A DNA stretch of 64,000 bases from Candidatus Caldarchaeum sp. GTDB taxonomy: Archaea > Thermoproteota > Nitrososphaeria_A > Caldarchaeales > Caldarchaeaceae. Below, in pieces: positions 58,647 to 64,000 of this stretch (positions are counted from its first letter, which is position 1; each line of letters starts with the position of its first letter). Location of the stretch: assembly GCA_038885755.1 (NCBI GenBank), contig JAVZZH010000003.1, positions 128,432-192,431 on the forward strand, written 5' to 3'. The notes under the pieces are model-generated. The model ran no database searches and was not told the DNA's origin. It was given only the letters and a program-made list of their open reading frames with translations. The position numbers and the translations under genes were made by a program.

Positions 58647-59407
58647 AACCTCACCGCAACGCCTCTCTCAGCAAGATACCTTTTAACTTCTTCGATGCTG
58701 TATCTGCCGTAGTGGAAGATCCCGGCCGCGAGCGCTGCGTCAGCTCCTCCCTCGGTAAGCACGGCGTAGAAGTGCTCGGGGCCTCCGGCTCCACCGCTCG
58801 CTATCACCGGGACGTCCAGCGAACCAGCGACTAGCTTTGTGAGCTTGACGTCGTAGCCCTGCCGTGTTCCATCGTTGTCGATGGACGTCAGCAGTATCTC
58901 GCCAGCCCCCAGCTCCGCAGCCCTCACAGCCCAGTCGACGGCGTCCAACCCCGTCGCAGACCGGCCGCCGTAGACGTAGACCTCGTAGCCCGATGGCATC
59001 TCCGGGTTAGACTTGGCGTCTATCGCGACGACGACGCACTGGGATCCGTAGGTCTCAGCCAGCCGTTTTATCAGCTGCGGGTTGTTGACCGCGGAGGTGT
59101 TGACGGAGGTTTTGTCTGCGCCGTTTCTCAGGACTAGGTCGGCGTCCTCCAAGCTTCTTATGCCTCCGCCTACTGTGAACGGGATGTTGATGACGCTGGC
59201 AACGTCTCTGACGACCTTCACAAGTATCTCTCTCTTCTGGGCTGATGCGGTGATGTCGAGGAAGACAAGCTCGTCAGCCCCCTCCTCCGAGTACCTGGCA
59301 GCCAGCTCCGCCGGGTCTCCCGCATCCATGAGGTTAACGAACCTTCTTCCCTTGACCACTCTGCCCGCGTCGACGTCTAGGCATGGGATTATTCTCTTGG
59401 CCAGCAC
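58643..59407 (-). CDS. hisF: Imidazole glycerol phosphate synthase, cyclase subunit
   Basis: [41 protein letters not shown]. Confidence 0.98.
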   Translation of the reverse strand: MLAKRIIPCLDVDAGRVVKGRRFVNLMDAGDPAELAARYSEEGADELVFLDITASAQKREILVKVVRDVASVINIPFTVGGGIRSLEDADLVLRNGADKTSVNTSAVNNPQLIKRLAETYGSQCVVVAIDAKSNPEMPSGYEVYVYGGRSATGLDAVDWAVRAAELGAGEILLTSIDNDGTRQGYDVKLTKLVAGSLDVPVIASGGAGGPEHFYAVLTEGGADAALAAGIFHYGRYSIEEVKRYLAERGVAVRF

Positions 59408-59436
59408 TTCGGGTAAACAGCGCGGGCGGGGTTTAT

Positions 59437-60165
59437 TTAGTTTAGCGTCGGCTCGAGGGCGTTTCTGACTCTTTCGAGGCTGAGTGTTTCTTCGTAGAGG
59501 GCTTTGCCCAGTATGGCTCCCTCGTATCCGAGGCGGCGGAGAGTGAGGACGTCTTCGACGGAGGACACGCCGCCGGCGTATGTTATGTGGCTGCGGTGGC
59601 TCTCTTCAACCGCATGCACAAGCTTAGGGTTCACTCCTAGGAGCGTTCCGTCCCTCGACGTGTCGGTCAGAACGATGTGTCTGAAGCCGTCGGACAGAGC
59701 CGCCTCCACGGCCTCCGCCAGCCTCGTCTCCGTCTTCACGCTCCATCCACGAACCACAACAAAGCCGTCGCGGCAGTCCAGCGACAGGGCGAGGTGCTCG
59801 GCTCCAAGAATGTCAAGAATCTTCAGAGCCTCCTCCCTTCTCGTGAAGTAAAGGCTCGAGACGATGATTCTAGACGCTCCAGCATCTCTCAGGGCCGTGG
59901 CTCTCGCTAGGCTCCGGACTCCTCCGCCCACTTGGACGAATGCGTTGAGGCTTTTCACGAAGCTGGTTATGATTTCCGTGTTGTCGCCCAGCTCGAGGGC
60001 CGCGTTGAGGTCTACCACGTGTAGGGCATCCGCTCCCTCGCTCAGCCATCTTCTGGCGTAGTGGTACGGGCCGTAAGGGTAGTAGGTTGCCTTAGCCGGG
60101 TCTCCCTTCCAAAGCCTTGCCACACGGCCGTTGAAAAGGTCTATTCCCGCGTAGACCGTGAACAC
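59437..60165 (-). CDS. hisA: ProFAR isomerase
   Basis: [40 protein letters not shown]. Confidence 0.95.
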   Translation of the reverse strand: MFTVYAGIDLFNGRVARLWKGDPAKATYYPYGPYHYARRWLSEGADALHVVDLNAALELGDNTEIITSFVKSLNAFVQVGGGVRSLARATALRDAGASRIIVSSLYFTRREEALKILDILGAEHLALSLDCRDGFVVVRGWSVKTETRLAEAVEAALSDGFRHIVLTDTSRDGTLLGVNPKLVHAVEESHRSHITYAGGVSSVEDVLTLRRLGYEGAILGKALYEETLSLERVRNALEPTLN

Positions 60166-60248
60166 TCCGGGTTGAGGTCTCGGCTGTCAGGCATTAAACG
60201 TTGCGTAGAAAACATCTTAACTTACTCGTCGCATGGGTTTAGCCGGGC

Positions 60249-61175
60249 TTGGACACCGCTGGCTTGGTGGAGTTGGTGGTCTCCACGGATTATAACATGC
60301 GAGGAGTCGTCAAGCATCTACATCGAGCTGCACGGGAGAAGCTTGGAGGTTCGTTATGCTTGATGGCTGCCGAGAAGCTGGCTCGTTCCAGCAAGCCTCT
60401 GCTGGCCACGGGCTTCAGGATCCGACGGTTCAACGCAGCCTTGGAGACCGACGGCCCCGTCTCGGCGACGCTTCTAGCCACGTGCCTCGAGAAAATACTC
60501 GGCGTCGAGCCTGTAATAGCCACTGACACGGGGTTTGAGCGTGTATTGGAGAAGGGGTTGCAGGCCGCTGACGCCAAGCACGTCCGAGTCCTAGGGCTTC
60601 CGGTTGACCCGGAACTTTCGCGGCGTGTTTTTATGAACTACGTCGATGAGGAGTCCCCCGACATAGCCGTCGCTATCGAGAGGCCCGCCGCCAACAAGCT
60701 CAGCGTTTACCACAACGCGGCTGGCGAGGATGTGTCAGGCCTGCACGCCCCTCTCGACAAGCTTCTTGAATGGCTGCGGGGGAATAAAGCTCCGTTGGTT
60801 GCGTTCGGCGACGGAGGGAACGAGGTTGGTATGGGTCTAGTGATGGACGCTGTGCAGAAACACGTCGAGTACGGCGGTGTTTGCAGATGTAGTTGCGGAG
60901 GAGGAATAGCGTCGAACACAGGATGCGACGTCCTCGTCGTATCGTCTTTCTCCGACCTAGGTGTTTACGGCACGATGGCTTTGATGCAGGAGTCGATGCT
61001 CGACTTGGTCGTCGACAAGATCGGCGACGTGATGAAGGTTTTAGTGGATGCGGGGTGCGTTGACGCACGTAAAGGTCCTGGATACCTTGGTGTCGACGGT
61101 CTAAGCCTCGAAGGCATCAAGTCCATCGTTCATCTGCTGCGGAGCGTCAGCCGCAGTGATGCTCAACCGCTATGA
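60249..61175 (+). CDS. D-glutamate cyclase-like (DUF4392) protein
   Basis: TGF, ETDGP, IERP, GDGGNEVGMG. Confidence 0.85.
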   Translation: MDTAGLVELVVSTDYNMRGVVKHLHRAAREKLGGSLCLMAAEKLARSSKPLLATGFRIRRFNAALETDGPVSATLLATCLEKILGVEPVIATDTGFERVLEKGLQAADAKHVRVLGLPVDPELSRRVFMNYVDEESPDIAVAIERPAANKLSVYHNAAGEDVSGLHAPLDKLLEWLRGNKAPLVAFGDGGNEVGMGLVMDAVQKHVEYGGVCRCSCGGGIASNTGCDVLVVSSFSDLGVYGTMALMQESMLDLVVDKIGDVMKVLVDAGCVDARKGPGYLGVDGLSLEGIKSIVHLLRSVSRSDAQPL

Positions 61176-61488
61176 TGTATTTCTCGCCGTCGACTTCGAT
61201 GACCGCCGATGCGTCGTAGAGTTCTCTTCCGGTCCTCTGCCTGATCAGCTGGTTGAGATGTTTCAGCTTCTCGGCGTCCACTACAGCCACCACCGGCGTC
61301 GGGTTTAGAGCCTCGAACTGCACGGGGTAGAACTCTGTCGAAGCCCTCCGCCTGCTTTCCGCAAGAGCCTCTAGCAAGCCTTCAACCTCGCTGTTCGACA
61401 AGACCACGTCAGGCCTAGCGTTCCTGACGTGAACCAGCTTGATCCTAACTCTTTCCGGAGCCGACCGCAGGTAGTTCTCCTCGAGCAT
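61147..61488 (-). CDS. Hypothetical protein co-transcribed with aRF1
   Basis: ATG immediately after the aRF1 stop; ends EHHCG. Confidence 0.65.
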   Translation of the reverse strand: MLEENYLRSAPERVRIKLVHVRNARPDVVLSNSEVEGLLEALAESRRRASTEFYPVQFEALNPTPVVAVVDAEKLKHLNQLIRQRTGRELYDASAVIEVDGEKYIIAVEHHCG

Positions 61489-62751
61489 CTAATACCCCCC
61501 TCTATGTCTGAGAAAGCCTGCGACACCTTTGAAGGCTTTCATGAACATTTCACCCTCCTCATGCTCCGACGACACAAGCTCAACCTTCACGTTCATCTTC
61601 TCAGCCTCCGCGATAAGCTTGTCGAGCATCAGCGTCGTCTGCTTGAGCGCAAGGCTCTGGTTCAAACATTTGGGGCATTTCTCCGCAAGCTTCTTGGGAA
61701 CCTCCGACTGTATCTGGTCTTGGTCGAGTATGGTTGTTTCTTGATACCCACAGTTTTGGCACTGTATTAATACCTCTACTCTGTCGAGGTCTTCTGAGAT
61801 TATGAGAAGGTCGAGCATGTTTTTACGGAGGGCTTCGAGAACCTGCTGCTCGCCGTAGACCGCAAGCCCTTCCGGCCTAGTGGCTTCATTCATCAGCTTC
61901 TGGATGAGCATCTGCTCTTCAACCAGCCTCAGCTCTCGGAGAAAGTCCGCCGACTTCGCCACAGCCTCGCGAACACCGCTCTCGCCTGAATACGAGGTGT
62001 CCACTACGTGGATTTTGTTGCGAAGCGTGTAGTGGAGATATTCGCCTTGAGCGAAGATGTCCTTGGTTGGCCCCGGCCCGGCTAGGATAACACCCTTCAT
62101 CTCAGGGTACTGGAGGAAGAGCTCGTTGGCTTTCTCAGCCACTCGCTTGTAGAATTCGTTAAGCGTCATCTCCCTAAGCCTTTCAAACCTTCTCGCCGAC
62201 TGGCCTCCTGCGTGATGCTTGCCGGGAACGCCCGAGGTGTAGGTTTTGAGCTGGGAGATGCTGCGGCCCTTGACAACGGCCACGGCCGCCTCCTCGTTGT
62301 CGATAACTAGGACGCCGTAAACAGCTTTCTCCTTCAGAAGGTCCTTCAATCCTTCGACGTGAAACCTGCTGTCGCAGCGGTAAAGGAAAGTGGTGATCGG
62401 CTCAGGCGGAATGATGTGGTACACCTCAATCTTGCTGGTGAGCCCGCCGTTCTGGGGAACGGCTCCGCTGAACACGACGAGGCCCGTAGGTCCGGGGTTG
62501 TCGAAGAGCTTAAGCCTCTGGATGGCGCTCTCTATGGCGTCTTGGACGTTTTTACGGGTCTGCTTCGACTTGATGTTCGAGGCTGTGGCGTACTCCTGAC
62601 GTAGATAGTTTATGACCTCCGAGATCGACTTGTCTGGAGGTATGTAGAGGGTGACCAGCTCGGTCCCCCTGCCCTCGAGCTTCTCGATTGACTCGAGAAG
62701 GCGGCGGAACCTGTACAGAGAGACAGAATCCTTTTTCACCGAGTTCAACAT
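61489..62751 (-). CDS. prf1: Peptide chain release factor aRF1
   Basis: GTELVTLYIP, ASNIKS, YRCDSRF, GGQSARRF. Confidence 0.99.
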   Translation of the reverse strand: MLNSVKKDSVSLYRFRRLLESIEKLEGRGTELVTLYIPPDKSISEVINYLRQEYATASNIKSKQTRKNVQDAIESAIQRLKLFDNPGPTGLVVFSGAVPQNGGLTSKIEVYHIIPPEPITTFLYRCDSRFHVEGLKDLLKEKAVYGVLVIDNEEAAVAVVKGRSISQLKTYTSGVPGKHHAGGQSARRFERLREMTLNEFYKRVAEKANELFLQYPEMKGVILAGPGPTKDIFAQGEYLHYTLRNKIHVVDTSYSGESGVREAVAKSADFLRELRLVEEQMLIQKLMNEATRPEGLAVYGEQQVLEALRKNMLDLLIISEDLDRVEVLIQCQNCGYQETTILDQDQIQSEVPKKLAEKCPKCLNQSLALKQTTLMLDKLIAEAEKMNVKVELVSSEHEEGEMFMKAFKGVAGFLRHRGGY

Positions 62752-62802
62752 AGAACACCCCGGGAAGGCAAACGCTAGCGGAGCTGGACATCGGTTGACA
62801 AG

Positions 62803-62811
62803 CTAGCCCAT
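62803..62811 (-). other. Mini-uORF ATG-GGC-TAG in frame with aRF1
   Basis: 60 nt upstream of the aRF1 ATG, SD-like GAGGGG before it, no further stop before aRF1. Confidence 0.4.
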
Positions 62812-62908
62812 CGACCCCTCTACACAGTAGGTAAAATAGGTTTATCTAAGCCGGTGGGGGCGATATGTATTAATGACCGGTTAAAACCGCGTTTACAGAC
62901 GACCGCCG

Positions 62909-64000
62909 ATGTCAGAGCCTCGTCCCTGGCACGCCTTAACCGTTGAAGAAACCATCTCCCTGATGGCAACAGACCCTGTGCGAGGCCTTTCCTCCGAGGA
63001 AGCTCGCGCCCGTCTGTCGAAGTATGGCCTCAACCTGCTCGAGCCCATCCCAAGGCCCTCGGCGTTGAGAATCTTCCTCAAACAGTTCTCCAACATTCTT
63101 GTGGGGGTTCTGCTGGCTGCGCTGCTGATATCTGGTTTGCTGGGCGAGGTGGTGGACTCGGTCGTGATAGGGGTCATCGTCTTCTTCGTCGCCGTCGTCG
63201 GCTTCGTGCAGGAATACCGTGCTGAGAAAACCCTCGAAATCCTGAAGAAAATGCTCACGCCAACCACCTCCGTCGTCAGGGACGGTGTGGAAAAGGAGGT
63301 CGCTGTGAAGGAGGTTGTGCCGGGCGACGTGGTGGTCTTAGAAGCCGGGTCGAAGGTTCCAGCAGACCTCAGGCTCATAGAGGTCGTGAACCTCCAACTC
63401 GACGAATCTCCTCTCACAGGCGAGTCGACCCCCGTATCTAAAACAACCCGCCCCGTCCCAGAGGAGACAGCGGTGGGCGACCGCGTCAACATGGCCTTCG
63501 CCGGGACGACCGCAACCTACGGAAGAGGACGTGGCGTCGTAGTCGCTACAGGTAGTTCGACGGAGTTTGGAAAGATAGCAAAGGCTGCTGCAAGCGTTGA
63601 GGAGGAAAAAACCCCTCTCGAGGTCAGGATGAACGAGGTCGGGAAGAAGTTCGCCTTGTTGGCGGCCGTGATAATCGCAACCATAACAATCGCTGAGCTG
63701 GTTAGCGAATTATTGGCCGGCCATCTGTCTCTGGGTTTTTTGGTGGAGGTAATGTTGTTTGCTGTAGCTTTGGCGGTGGCGGTCGTGCCTGAGGCCTTGC
63801 CTGGAATAGTCACGGCAACGCTGGCCATAGGGATGGGCATCATGGCTAAGAGGAACGCCTTGGTCAGGAGGATGCCGGCTGTCGAGACGCTCGGGTCGAC
63901 TCAGGTGATATGCTTCGACAAGACGGGTACGCTGACGATGAACCAGATGACTGTCAGGAAGATTTATGTGGATGGCGAGGTTTTCGACGTCAAGTCTTTC
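62909..64000 (+). CDS. P-type cation-transporting ATPase (type II, Ca2+-like), truncated by the window end
   Basis: MSEPRPWH, YGLN, VPGD, DESPLTGES, VPEALP, DKTGTLT; absent from the ORF track because it has no stop in the window. Confidence 0.96.
   Translation, partial: MSEPRPWHALTVEETISLMATDPVRGLSSEEARARLSKYGLNLLEPIPRPSALRIFLKQFSNILVGVLLAALLISGLLGEVVDSVVIGVIVFFVAVVGFVQEYRAEKTLEILKKMLTPTTSVVRDGVEKEVAVKEVVPGDVVVLEAGSKVPADLRLIEVVNLQLDESPLTGESTPVSKTTRPVPEETAVGDRVNMAFAGTTATYGRGRGVVVATGSSTEFGKIAKAAASVEEEKTPLEVRMNEVGKKFALLAAVIIATITIAELVSELLAGHLSLGFLVEVMLFAVALAVAVVPEALPGIVTATLAIGMGIMAKRNALVRRMPAVETLGSTQVICFDKTGTLTMNQMTVRKIYVDGEVFDVKSF

Noticed and set aside
62893-63843. Minus-strand ORFs of 199 and 108 aa
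   Set aside because: Antisense shadows of the P-type ATPase.
1-64000. CRISPR arrays, rRNA genes, IS transposases
   Set aside because: No regularly spaced repeats, rRNA-like tracts or transposase motifs were seen by eye.

Overview
Archaeal chromosome segment. The gene repertoire and protein styles suggest a TACK-group thermophile, most like Aigarchaeota/Caldarchaeales; this is an inference. Most of the window is dense housekeeping DNA: pyrG, glnA plus three stand-alone Lrp RAM-domain genes, GTPBP1, aIF-1A, Alba, NnrD, YchF, thiolase/DUF35, a HAD-PINA fusion, gdhA, SRP RNA, an unannotated short histone, FBP aldolase/phosphatase, a MoxR/DUF58 operon, an EndA-like subunit, DGGGP synthase, a rearranged his cluster, aRF1 and a P-type ATPase. 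The main accessory feature is a ~3.4-kb element integrated in tRNA-Glu(CTC). It is bounded by a 41-bp att repeat and has a split, decayed SSV1/pTN3-type integrase. Its AT-rich cargo is a three-gene operon: a DNA methyltransferase, a LAGLIDADG-like protein lacking both catalytic acids, and a small PD-(D/E)XK nuclease. This is a candidate heteromeric restriction-modification system using a domesticated homing-endonuclease fold. Other leads: an in-frame ATG-GGC-TAG mini-uORF upstream of aRF1 (possible readthrough autoregulation), a Rab-like GTPase/TackOD1 pair, a decayed rpl12-alaS copy, a class II photolyase, a tRNA-Leu with a D-arm intron, a probable CTG start for hisB, and several deletion-eroded pseudogenes. 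All family calls come from motif recognition by eye; no database searches were run.
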